Source of the DNA: Eledone cirrhosa
Lineage: Eukaryota
Direction: 5' to 3'
Assembly (NCBI GenBank): GCA_964016885.1
Contig: OZ024763.1
Coordinates: forward strand, 14,942,001 to 15,006,000
DNA: 64,000 nt
Of this stretch, positions 1 through 12,413 are shown piece by piece. How positions within the stretch are numbered: position 1 is the stretch's first letter; each line of letters begins with the position of its first letter. Below the pieces are notes generated by a model. It did not search any database and was not told the origin of the DNA. It saw nothing but the letters and a program-made list of their open reading frames with translations. The position numbers were made by a program, and so were the translations under genes.

Positions 1-13
1 AGAAAGGGCTTAC

Positions 14-136
14 CTGAGAAAAACAGATAACGGTGAGGAGTATATTAATGAAATATGTAGTCCAGGTGATCGACTCTGATTGGAATATAACCTCATCGGG
101 TTGGAGAGGGCACATGGAATCGTTAGCTGACGGCAT
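14..136 (-). CDS. Candidate first coding exon, 41 aa with hydrophobic segment
   Basis: ATG at 136 with an upstream in-frame TAA. MPSANDSMCPLQPDEVIFQSESITWTTYFINILLTVICFSQ ends at a strong phase-0 donor CAG|gtaagc. A plausible acceptor (cttcttttatactccgattccag) at 453-454 would make the exon 14-452. Confidence 0.55.
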
Positions 137-986
137 TCTTGTTGATGGCCGAGGTGCACTGCTACAGTGTGCAGCTAGTTAGAATGGTGTTGGAACTAAC
201 ACAACACAACACAACACAACACAACACACTGCACAGCCTTACACAGACCTCACATCTCACCAATGCCCCCATACCTCCTCACCCAATGAACGTCAAATCT
301 ATCTCACACTCGTAGCTGACCCTCATGGCCGTCTCACCTTCACAACACCCACTCACAGTTGACCCCTCTCACACACCGACGTCACCCTAACATCTACCTC
401 ACCCCCTCCACAGCTCTCGTTGCCAACTGACCGATCAACCCAATCAACAGACCTGGAATCGGAGTATAAAAGAAGCATGTAATGTCCTTTGAGAAGTTGT
501 TGTTGTTGTTGGTGGTGGTGGTGGTGGTGTTGTTGGCAGTGGTAGTTAATGTGGTTGTTGTTGTGATTGTAGCTATGGTTGTTGTTGTTGTTGTTGTGAT
601 TGTGGTTGTTGTTGTTGTTGCTCCACTGTGTCTGACTAAATTAATAAGTGGTCAAAACAACTCCAGGAGTGAGAATAGAATTAAAAGCAATAATAGACTG
701 GGGGTGGTGGGCTGGGGTGGGACGGGACATATATTGGCAGGGTGGGGACAGGAGGAGGAGGGTGGTGGCAGAGATGGGGAAGGAGGGGGAGGAGGGTGGC
801 AGAATAGGGTAAGATATATATATATATATGTGAGTTGAGGACTGTTTACTGAACACATATATTGGCTTTGCTGGTGGTGGGATCGGGTGGGGTGGAAAGT
901 GTCTTGAGGGGGTGAGGTGGGGGTTTAATGTGGAAGGCTGAGAGTTTCTCATTCATACATACATCTGTTGACTGGAGAGAGAAGCA

Positions 987-1043
<57 letters not shown>

Positions 1044-1252
1044 CCACCCATATATATATAGACATACATGCACGCATATACATATATGTGTGTTTGTGTA
1101 TATATATATATATATATAAATTTGTGTATATATATATATATAAATTTGTGTATATATATAAATACACACACACACACACAGAAAGAGTATATATAAACAT
1201 AGGACAGACAGAGAGTTACTTAAGAGAAATCTAGTCAAGGAATTTAATGTTT

Positions 1253-1665
<413 letters not shown>

Positions 1666-1757
1666 GAGAATAAAGGGGAATTCCTTGCTTTGGATTAGGT
1701 GGACATGGGTTCAAATTAGAGCAACTCCTCCTGGTTCCCTTCTATAACAATTTAAAA

Positions 1758-1948
1758 ATAATTGTTTCTACTTTAGGCACAAGGCCAGAAATTACCCCAG
1801 TGCATCACTGGTACTTTATTTTATGGACCTCGTAAGGATGAAAGGCAAAGTTAACCTCGGTGGAATTTGAACTCAGATCATAAAGGGTCGCAACTCTTTG
1901 CTACAAAGCATGGCGTCCGACCCTCTACTGATTCTGCCAATCCTCCGC
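1758..1948 (-). mobile_element. tRNA-derived SINE family A (central domain resembling Meta-type SINEs)
   Basis: Minus strand has a B-box-like gagttcaaat followed by 'aactttgcctttcatcctt...taaaataaagtaccag'. Further copies near 10170-10370, 11742-11923, 16815-16955, 28660-28872, 47452-47640, 49735-49960 and 54030-54305. Confidence 0.8.
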
Positions 1949-1954
1949 AGAGTG

Positions 1955-2218
1955 TAATAATAATAATAAAAAGGACGATTTGTTATGTCTTCATTATGTT
2001 TATTGAGTAGTGACGTGTGTTTCGTTATTGATCAGCTCAAGATTCGATCTGTATTGATCTGGCCCAACACTGGAATCAAAAGCTTGTCAGACCTCTGATG
2101 TGGTAATGACAGAATAATCGATACAGATCAAACCTTGAGCTAATCAATAGCGAAACATGTGTTGCTACTCAATAAACGTAATGAAGACATAACAAATTCT
2201 CCTTTTTATTATTATTAT
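1955..2218. repeat. Imperfect inverted repeat (about 100-bp arms), Penelope-like remnant
   Basis: Arm aaaaaggacgatttgttatgtcttcatt... pairs with ...aatgaagacataacaaattctccttttt. Related to the sequence at 48170-48260. Confidence 0.75.
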
Positions 2219-2288
2219 AATATACATATACATATATATATATAAAATATATTAATAAATGGAAACTATATTTATAAAACCATATTTA

Positions 2289-2350
2289 TTTTATTATGCA
2301 TATTTCAAGGGCAACCAAGGCAAATTATGGTGCGCTTTCATCAGATAAAA
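2289..2350 (-). ncRNA. Type I minimal hammerhead ribozyme motif
   Basis: Minus strand reads TTTTAT-CTGATGA-AAGCGCACC..GGTTGCCCTT-GAAA-TATGCATA-ATAAAA: perfect 6-bp stem I, intact core, stem II, palindromic short stem III, AUA cleavage triplet. Confidence 0.7.
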
Positions 2351-2608
2351 TCCAGATTTGTTTTATAAATAAATATTGACATACCCAGAAAAAAAAGACA
2401 ACCTTAACGGTTGGAGCTTCCTGGATAGTCATGTATATAGATATGTATATATATATATATAACTAGAAATTGATTAACATATAAATAAACATGAATAATC
2501 ACAGGAGATAATTTTTACAAGTGTGTAACCACACATAGCTAGGTAGGTAACTAAATAAAGTTGACCAGAACTTCAAAAATAAATACCTTATAATATGATT
2601 AATCTTCC

Positions 2609-2668
<60 letters not shown>

Positions 2669-2706
2669 AGGAGGTTATAGTTCACTTGAAGCATTGTGTA
2701 ATGAGG

Positions 2707-3044
2707 TAAAACGTTAGAATATGTGTAATAAGGCCAAGACAATGCAGATATGGACATAGAAAAAAGAATCTAATAGTGAAAGATATTGATGTGAATTCGT
2801 CTTTCACCTTGAATTTATTTAAATGTCCTTAATTTTCGAGATAATATCTCTTCTTCGGAGGGAAGTAAAGGTCTCAGACCAGCGTCTTTAAATCTCTACC
2901 GAAGAAGAGATATTATCTCGAAAATTAAGGACATTTAAATAAATTCAAGGTGAAAGACGAATTCACATCAATATCTTTCACTATTACATTCTTTTTTCTA
3001 TGTCCATATCTGCATTGTCTTGGCCTTATTACACATATTCTAAC

Positions 3045-3050
<6 letters not shown>
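2707..3050. repeat. Near-perfect inverted repeat, 152-bp arms with 40-bp spacer
   Basis: 2707-2858 is the reverse complement of 2899-3050 with one mismatch seen. (TA)n lies nearby on both sides. Confidence 0.92.
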
Positions 3051-3090
<40 letters not shown>

Positions 3091-3691
3091 CATATATACT
3101 TTGTTTTTGAATTTGCTTTGTAAGATTTCTTATCTGTAAACGTGTGTTGAAACAGATATTGTTATACTTTGGGAGGGTCATGTTGCCAATAAAAACAAGA
3201 TGGTGTAGGACAGAACAAAGAAGAGACACAAAATAAAAACCCAGTCACTGAGGAGGTGACAGAATGTGTGATGAAAGAGCTTTGACAATATATAAACAAC
3301 CAGCCAATTACTGAACCAATGAAGCAACCAACCAGCCAGAAATTTATAATAAATTGAAAACCAGCAGATGCATGTGTTTGTATTGGCAGAATAATCCTCC
3401 CAAAGTCTAACAATATATATATCATCATCATCATCATCATCATCATCATTTTACGTCCGCTTTTCCCTGCTTGCAAGGGTGGGACGGGAACTGATTCTGG
3501 CTTGATTTCTACAGCTGGATGCCCTTCCTAACACCAACCTCATTTACAGTGAGTGCTGGGGGCTTTTTTGCCGTAGCACCTACACGTCCACTTTACAGTG
3601 TGGGCTGGGTGCTTTTTTGCCATGGCTCCTCCACGACCACTTTGCAGTGGCAGGGTGTGGGGGCATATTGTCTATAAGCATATATAAATAT

Positions 3692-3885
3692 ATAGGAACG
3701 AGTAGGACCCCGACGGCTGAGCTCAAGCCGTTTCGACGGCTATTTCTGGACTAAGAATTAGCCGTCGAAACGGCTTGAGCTCAGCCGTCGGGGTCCTACT
3801 CATTCCTATTACCCACTCTACTACCCTAAGTATTGAGTACTTTGGTGCGTTATGGTCCACCTGGTTCCTTACCACATTTCCTTCG

Positions 3886-3888
<3 letters not shown>
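3692..3888. mobile_element. Dispersed short element with terminal foldback (probable Penelope-like remnant)
   Basis: Palindrome 3692-3809 (aggaacgagtaggaccccgacggctgagctcaagccgtttcgacggc.. and its inverse) plus a unique tail abutting (TA)n. Copies at 25243-25437, 37999-38208 and 41240-41430. Confidence 0.75.
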
Positions 3889-3926
<38 letters not shown>

Positions 3927-3931
<5 letters not shown>

Positions 3932-4942
3932 ATGGGAACTTCTCTATCTGCTGACGATCTGGCTCTTATGGCAGAATCAGTAGAGGAGCTAGAGAATAAA
4001 TTCTGGCTATGGAAACAGCAGTTGGAAGCAAGAGGACTGAGAGTGAACCTAGCTAAGACAAAAGTGTTGATGAGTAGAAAAGAGGACAAAACCCTGATTC
4101 CGTCAGGGAAATGGCCATGTTCGATATGCAGAAAAGGAGCTGGCATAAATTCTATAAAATGCACATAATGCAGATCCTGGGTACACAAGAGATGTAGCGG
4201 GATAACAATCAAACTAACAGGTAGGGAGAAATACGTATGCAATAGATGTACAGGGAAATTAGACAGTAGAAGTCGCATTGATAGACACATTTTTCAAATG
4301 CAGGCGGGTGCTATAGAAGTGGTGGATAGCTTCCGGTACCTAGGAGATCAGATTAGCATGGGAGGGAGGTGTTCCGAGGCCTTAGTATCTAGAATAAGGA
4401 CAGGTTGGAAGAAGTTTAGGGAGCTGCATTCTCTGCTGACGAAGAAGGGTTTCTCCCTGCGTACGAAAGGCCGGTTGTATGATGCCTGTGTGAGGAGCGC
4501 CATGTTGCATGGTAGTGATACATGGGCAGCAACTGCAGAGGATATGCGATGGCTGGAGAGAAATGAGGCAAGCATGCTCCGTTGGATGTGCAATGTCAAT
4601 GTGCGTGAACGACCCAGCATGGATGTGTTGAGAGAGAAACTGTGTCTGAGAGGGATAGAATGTAGTGTGTGAGAGAGGAGACTGAGGTGGTATGGACATG
4701 TGATGCGCATGGAAGATGACCGATGGGTGAAGAAGTGCCAGGAAATGCCAGTTGAAGGAAGACGTGGTAGAGGTAGACCACGAAAAAACATGGGCGGAGG
4801 TGGTGAGAACAGACCTCAGACCGCTGAAGCTCACGGTGGAGATGACGAGGGACCGTGACGAGTGGAGAGATGCTGTGCTGAATAAGACCTGTCCCACCCT
4901 TGCAAGCAGGGAAAAGCGGACGTAAAATGATGATGATGATGA
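3927..4942 (+). mobile_element. 5'-truncated, degenerate RTE-clade LINE
   Basis: RT C-terminus (ADDLAL, GLRVNLAKTKV, FRYLG, KGRLYDACVRSAMLHG, LRWYGHVMR, RGRGRPRK) with a Cys/His finger insert. In-frame stops at 4166 and 4670, (GAT)n tail, inserted in (TA)n. Confidence 0.92.
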
Positions 4943-5218
4943 TATATATATATATGTATATATATATTTTCAAACAATAGATTCAAGGGTTATTTTTCTC
5001 TGTACAATGGCCTCGATATTAATTTGTGTTTATTGTTCTCATTGTATGTCGATAAATATAGAAATGTTTAGACATACACACACATATATAAACTTTCTAG
5101 TTGAATGTGATGTAGCATGTAACAGGCTTTGTCCGGTTGCCATAGAAGCTAAAGTAAACACACACCCACCCACACAAACAACTTTATATATATATTATAT
5201 ATATGTATATATGTATAC

Positions 5219-5257
<39 letters not shown>

Positions 5258-5739
5258 CATACATACATATACGAATATATACATATATATAGACATACAT
5301 ACATATACGAATATATACATATATATAGACATACATACATATACACATATATACATATATATATACACACATATATACATATATCTATATATACACACAC
5401 ATATATACATATATCTATATATACACACACAGACACATATATAAACATATATATACATATATATATATACACACATACATATATACACATATACACACAC
5501 ATACACATATACACACACATACACATATATACACACATATATATATATATACACACACAAAAACACACATATATAGACATATTCACACACACACAGACAT
5601 ATTCACACACACACACACACACAGACATATTCACACACACACACAGACATATTCACACACACACACACACACACAGACATATTCACACACACACACACAC
5701 ACACAGACATATTCACACACACACACACACAGACATATT

Positions 5740-5805
<66 letters not shown>

Positions 5806-7066
5806 TACATACATACATACCACTAATTAATCTTTGAACAACAAACAATGACCTCCAGTAAACACTTCATTATATTACGTCGAGCTCCGCCCGAAATAAT
5901 AATTATTATTATTATTATTATCATCATTATTTTCAGTGTTATTGTTATTATGCTAGAAATCTGTTTGACCTTCTACCCAGCCTAAACAGTCTCAGTAACA
6001 ACATATAGAACAGCAACAACTGGACAAAACAGCCAATGTTCACAGATTAACTGACTTGAAGTAGCCTCAGCAAACCATCTGTACTTTACTGTAAGTACTC
6101 CTGGGCCTTGCGTAATCGTCACCCCTGCCCCCGATTATTACTTTTTTCAGATTACCCCCACTCACCACCAATTCACACCCACTCTTATTAAATTTTGCTA
6201 CTCTATCTCGGTGAAGGCACGTGGCCTATTTTGATCTCCATGTGTCTAACACACGTGGACATGCCCACAAAGTCAGAAAACAGCACAGCCAAAACCAACT
6301 CTGGTTCTATGTAATAAAACCACCCATTTTAAAGGTTTCCAATTTAAATTAAAATCTTCCAACATAATTTTATATAGGAACCTTACATTACTATCAGTAA
6401 TGAAGTAATTAGAAACTTTAGTGAATCCCCTGAAACTCTTCATTAAACAAACCCAGCTAAAATTCTTCATCAACCCTTTTGATACCAACCTACCCCAAAC
6501 CAGATCTGGATCTATGAAAGGAAACAACCCATTTTCAAAGGTTCCTATTTAAATTAAAATCTTCCAACATAATTTAATATAAGAACCTTACATCAAGTTA
6601 CTACTATCTTAGTAATGAAATAATTAATAATTTTAATGAATCTCTCAAAATTCTTCATTAATTAACTAAAATAGAGTGTATTTCACTAAAAATCTGATCA
6701 TGAAAGGGTTAAGTGGTACCATTCCTGCGACAATTAATATTCTTTAGACATTGAAAAACATTATACATGACAAAAAAAGTACATTTCTAGAAATTCGATA
6801 TGTTATAAAATAAATAAGATAGATTGGGGTCTCAATATGTAAACTAAAATTCTGGTTTTTAAAAAAAATCAGTGGAGACAACCTAGAAAAATTACCAATT
6901 TTCCACCCTTCCACTTATTCCAATGCCGCTCCGCTGTTTATATTCCAACACCCCCTTTTATTTGGGACCTGAGAGTATGTATGTAAAAAGTAAACAGAAA
7001 TAAAGCAAACAACACAGAACGTTAAAGAAATATATTAGTTTAAAGCTTGAAATAAAAGGAAGAGAG

Positions 7067-7102
7067 TCTCAATGTTTCAGACGCTAGTCCTTCATCAGAA
7101 GA
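7067..7102 (-). ncRNA. Degenerate minimal hammerhead motif in a Penelope-like fragment
   Basis: Minus strand reads TCTT-CTGATGA-AGGACTAGCGTCT-GAAACATT-GAGA. Paralog on the plus strand at 25098-25133. Confidence 0.55.
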
Positions 7103-7284
7103 TAGAATTAGAAATAACAGATAAAATAGAAAGATAAAGAGTTAGAAGAGGAAGGAAAGGAAAAAAAAACATGTGGGTATTCAGTCAGTCATTTACAGTA
7201 GCTGGTTTGTCCTCTCCCAACAATTTCTTAATGACACACCAACTCTTTCCTTACCATATTCCCAATAAACATAGCCAGTGTTAA

Positions 7285-10200
7285 CCCATTCATTACCATA
7301 TTCCTTATTAGAGTGTCCTCTCAGAGCCCTCAATCACCAATGCTGCAGCACATGTGTCCCCAGAGGTGTCTGACCCCTAATACTGCAACAGAGAAGCCCC
7401 AGATGCCTCAATTCCTAATACTAAAGCAGAGTGTTTCAGAGATGCCAGACCACTAATACTACAGCAGAGTGTCCCCAGATGACTTAGACCACTAATACTA
7501 CAGCAGAGTGTCCCCAGATGACTTAGACCACTAATACTACCGCAGAGTGTCCCCAGATATCTTAGACCACTAATACTACAGCAGAGTGTCCCCAGATGCC
7601 TTAGACCACTAATACTACAGCAGAGTGTTCCAGAGATGCCAGACCACTAATACTACAGCAGAGTGTCCCCAGATGACTTAGACCACTAATACTACAGCAG
7701 AGTGTCCCCAGATGCCTTAGACCACTAACACTACCGCAGAGTGTCCCCAGATGCCTTAGACCACTAATACTACAGCAGAGTGTCCCCAGATACCTTAGAC
7801 CACTAATACTACAGCAGAGTGTCCCCAGATACCTTAGACCACTAATACTACAGCAGAGTGTCCCCAGATGACTTAGACCACTAATACTACAGCAGAGTGT
7901 CCCCAGATACCTTAGACCACTAATACTACAGCAGAGTGTCTCCAGATGACTTAGACCACTAATACTACAGCAGAGTGTCCCCAGATACCTTAGACCACTA
8001 ATACTACAGCAGAGTGTCTCCAGATGACTTAGACCACTAATACTACAGCAGAGTGTCCCCAGATGCCTTAGACCACTAATACTACAGCAGAGTGTTCCAG
8101 AGATGCCAGACCACTAATACTACAGCAGAGTGTCCCCAGATGACTTAGACCACTAATACTACAGCAGAGTGTCCCCAGATGCCTTAGACCACTAACACTA
8201 CCGCAGAGTGTCCCCAGATGCCTTAGACCACTAATACTACAGCAGAGTGTCCCCAGATACCTTAGACCACTAATACTACAGCAGAGTGTCCCCAGATACC
8301 TTAGACCACTAATACTACAGCAGAGTGTCCCCAGATGACTTAGACCACTAATACTACAGCAGAGTGTCCCCAGATACCTTAGACCACTAATACTACAGCA
8401 GAGTGTCTCCAGATGACTTAGACCACTAATACTACAGCAGAGTGTCCCCAGATACCTTAGACCACTAATACTACAGCAGAGTGTCTCCAGATGACTTAGA
8501 CCACTAATACTACAGCAGAGTGTCCCCAGATGCCTTAGACCACTAATACTACAGCAGAGTGTTCCAGAGATGCCAGACCACTAATACTACAGCAGAGTGT
8601 CCCCAGATGACTTAGACCACTAATACTACAGCAGAGTGTCCCCAGATGCCTTAGACCACTAACACTACCGCAGAGTGTCCCCAGATGCCTTAGACCACTA
8701 ATACTACAGCAGAGTGTCCCCAGATACCTTAGACCACTAATACTACAGCAGAGTGTCCCCAGATACCTTAGACCACTAATACTACAGCAGAGTGTCCCCA
8801 GATGACTTAGACCACTAATACTACAGCAGAGTGTCCCCAGATACCTTAGACCACTAATACTACAGCAGAGTGTCCCCAGATGACTTAGACCACTAATACT
8901 ACAGCAGAGTGTCCCCAGATACCTTAGACCACTAATACTACAGCAGAGTGTCCCCAGATACCTTAGACCACTAATACTACAGCAGAGTGTCCCCAGATAC
9001 CTTAGACCACTAATACTACAGCAGAGTGTCCCCAGATACCTTAGACCACTAATACTACAGCAGAGTGTCTCCAGATGACTTAGACCACTAATACTACAGC
9101 AGAGTGTCCCCAGATACCTTAGACCACTAATACTACAGCAGAGTGTCCCCAGATGACTTAGACCACTAATACTACCGCAGAGTGTCCCCAGATGCCTTAG
9201 ACCACTAATACTACAGCAGAGTGTCCCCAGATGCCTTAGACCACTAATACTACAGCAGAGTGTCCCCAGATGCCTTAGACCACTAATACTACAGCAGAGT
9301 GTCCCCAGATACCTTAGACCACTAATACTACAGCAGAGTGTCCCCAGATACCTTAGACCACTAATACTACAGCAGAGTGTCCCCAGATACCTTAGACCAC
9401 TAATACTACAGCAGAGTGTCTCCAGATGCCTTAGACCACTAATACTACCGCAGACTGTCCCCAGATGCCTTAGACCACTAATACTACAGCAGAGTGTCCC
9501 CAGATGCCTTAGACCACTAATACTACAGCAGAGTGTCCCCAGATGACTTAGACCACTAATACTACAGCAGAGTGTCCCCAGATGCCTTAGACCACTAATA
9601 CTACAGCAGAGTGTCCCCAGATGACTTAGACCACTAATACTACAGCAGAGTGTCCCCAGATGCCTTAGACCACTAATACTACAGCAGAGTGTCCCCAGAT
9701 GCCTTAGACCACTAATACTACAGCAGAGTGTCCCCAGATGCCTTAGACCATTAATACTACAGTAGAGTGTCCCCAGATGACTTAGACCACTAATACTACA
9801 GTAGAGTGTCCCCAGATGACTTAGACCACTAATACTACAACAGAGTGTCACCAGAGGTCTTAGAACCCTAATACTACAGCACATGAATCCCCAAATGCCT
9901 CAGATCCCTAATACTAGAACAAAGTGTCACCCACCAAACTGATGTACAGTACTCCTCCAGAGATTCTACTCCCCTATACTAAGGTGTAACTGACATTGTC
10001 TAAAGTTAAAATTAACCCCTATGATATCTTCCCCACTCAAAACTAACTCTGGTTCTATGAAGCAACCCCACCCCCACCTATTTTCAAGGGTTGTTATTTA
10101 TATAAAAATCTTCCCACATAATTTTATACAAGAGCCATATGTTAGATTACTTAGTAATGGAATTCTTAACAGTTTCTGATTTAGGCACAAGGCCAACAAT

Positions 10201-10679
10201 TTCTTTGGGGGTAAAGGGAAAGTCAATTAAATTGACCCCAGTCCATTACTAGTTCTTTATTAGATAAAGCTAACCTCGGCAGGATTTCAAATCAGAATGT
10301 AAAGGGCTGTAAATATATGCCACAAAGCATGGTGTCTGATGCTCTATCAATTACTGCCAATCCCCCACCCTTAGTAATGGAATAATAAATAATTTTAGTA
10401 AATCCCTCAAAATTCTTCATTAAATAAACCCAGCCAAAATTCTTCATCAACTCTTTTGATATTAACCTACCCCAAATCATATCTGGATCTATGAAAGGAA
10501 ACCACCTATTTTTAAGGGTTACTATTTATATAAAATCTTCCAACAGTTTTATACAGGAACCATATGTTAACTTACTATCTTAGTAATGAAATAATTAATA
10601 CTTGTAGTAAATCGCTCAAAATTCTTCACTATTTAACTGAAATAGAATATATTTCATAAGAAATATGGTAACAAAAGAG
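7285..10679. mobile_element. piggyBac-like non-autonomous element carrying a minisatellite
   Basis: TTAA at 7281-7284 and 10680-10683. Imperfect TIRs cccattcattaccatattccttat / ataagaaatatggtaacaaaagag. The right part is homologous to the fragment at 6273-6711. Confidence 0.6.
7330..9920. repeat. 39-bp minisatellite, roughly 60-65 copies
   Basis: Unit gcagagtgtccccagat(gc/ac/ga)cttagaccactaatactaca, with degenerate edges. Confidence 0.97.
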
Positions 10680-10683
10680 TTAA

Positions 10684-11264
10684 CCCTTTTATGTTCAAAC
10701 CGGCCAAAACAGGCCAGAATTCTCTACCTCTTTCTGTTGAAACTGGCTGTAACTGGTCGCTCAAACTGATGTTAAGGTATTGTTCTCAAAATAAATACTT
10801 TCAAAATCTCATAGATTTTATATTATGTGAGATAATTATGTGAGGTAAAGCCTTTACCATGAAAATACAATAGTATATATAGAGTAATGTAAATGTTATG
10901 TGAGATAATTATGTGAGGTAAAGCCTTTACCATGAAAATATAATAGTAAATATAGAGTAATGTGAATGTTATGTGAGATATTATGTGAGGTAAAGCCTTT
11001 ACCATGAAAATATAATAGTAAATATAGAGTAATGTGAATGTTATGTGAGATATTATGTGAGGGAAAGCCTTTACCATGAAAATATAATAGTATATATAGA
11101 GTAATGTAAATGTTATGTGAGATATTATGTGAGGTAAAGCCTTTACCATGAAAATATAATAGTATATATAGAGTAATGTGAATGTTATGTGAGATATTAT
11201 GTGAGGTAAAGCCTTTACCATGAAAATATAATAGTATATATAGAGTAATGTAAATGTTAAAGGG
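10684..11264. mobile_element. piggyBac-like MITE with internal 72-bp tandem array
   Basis: TTAA-ccctt...aaggg-TTAA ends. About six copies of a 72-bp unit at 10823-11258. Confidence 0.82.
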
Positions 11265-12413
11265 TTAAACTGATTTTTAGAACTAGATGAAGGGTTAGGA
11301 CCTTGTTCCACCTTTGCCATGGGTTAGCCTGGTATTGCAGTACTTCCAAGATTTAGCCCATCATATAGACTGCAGGGCACAGCTGAAACCCAACACTGAC
11401 TTAGGTGTAGAGTCTATCACCCTCTCTCCTTCCCACCTTCTTTCATTGCTTAACAATCTTCCTCATTTCTCTCATTTTCCTCTCTTTTGTTGTTTTAATT
11501 GCCGTTCTATATGATGATAATGATGATGAAGATGATGATGATAATCATCATCATCTTCCACGCCAGCATGGGTTAGACAGGTTTGTCCCATTTAGAGGCA
11601 AGTTGGGTCAGGTGACCGTGTCTCGCTCATATAGGACTGTTTCTGGATGGGTTTTCTACGGCTGGATGATAATGAAAATTATTGTGTACAGTGCTCAGGT
11701 GCACTACAACTCGTCAAAGGTGCATATATAGTACATATACTAATTGTTTCTACTTTAGGCACAAGACCAGCAATTACCCCAGTGCATTACTGGTACTTTA
11801 TTCTATCGACCCCGTAAGGATGAAAAGCAAAGTCAACCTCGGCGGGATTTGAACTCAGATCGTAAAGGGACGTAACTATGCTGCAAAGCATGGCGTCCGA
11901 CCCTCTACCGATACTGCCAATCCATAATAATGAAAATTATTGTGTACAGGGCTCAGGTGCACTCCAACTCATCAAAGGTGCATGTGTAGTACATAGAATA
12001 ATGTACAAATGTCAGGAAAGTGAACAGTGTATGAGTCATGATATACACACGGATACATGCGTGTGTGTATATGGAAGGGGAATATCAGGTGTAGTGTTGC
12101 CGAAATTCGGGAATCATGGAAGTTTTGAAGGATATCTAATGTCATCCATTTTACTGTCTCTCCAGGTTATTTCATTGTTAAATCTTTCACTTGATAGTGA
12201 ACAAAGCAAGCTTTTTGAAGATGTTCAAGCGTTCTTATTTAAATTAAAATCTTCCAACATAATTTTATATAAGAACGAAATGTTTCTATCTTAGTAAATA
12301 ATTCATAATTCAAGTAAATCCTTCAAAATTCTTCATTAATTAATTGAAAAAGAAAGTAATTTATAAGAGATATTAGAAATTGAGACACAAAATACTGTCT
12401 TGTTGCTCCACCT

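Noticed and set aside
3833-4791. Functional reverse transcriptase gene
   Set aside because: 5'-truncated with in-frame stops and a frameshift; a dead LINE copy.
8535-9884. 449-aa Cys/Leu-rich ORF resembling an LRR repeat
   Set aside because: It is the translation of the 39-bp minisatellite (13 codons per unit). The frame is broken by 38-bp units and there is no unique flanking coding sequence.
7330-9920. CRISPR-like regular array
   Set aside because: Units are contiguous with no unique spacers, there are no cas genes, and the context is a eukaryotic intron. The same applies to the 61-, 77-, 84- and 111-bp arrays.
10823-11320. 165-aa hydrophobic repeat ORF
   Set aside because: Antisense translation of the 72-bp MITE internal array.
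12139-12294. Plus-strand acceptor-like site followed by a short open frame
   Set aside because: No good donor, it runs into MITE-derived sequence, and no partner exons were found on the plus strand.
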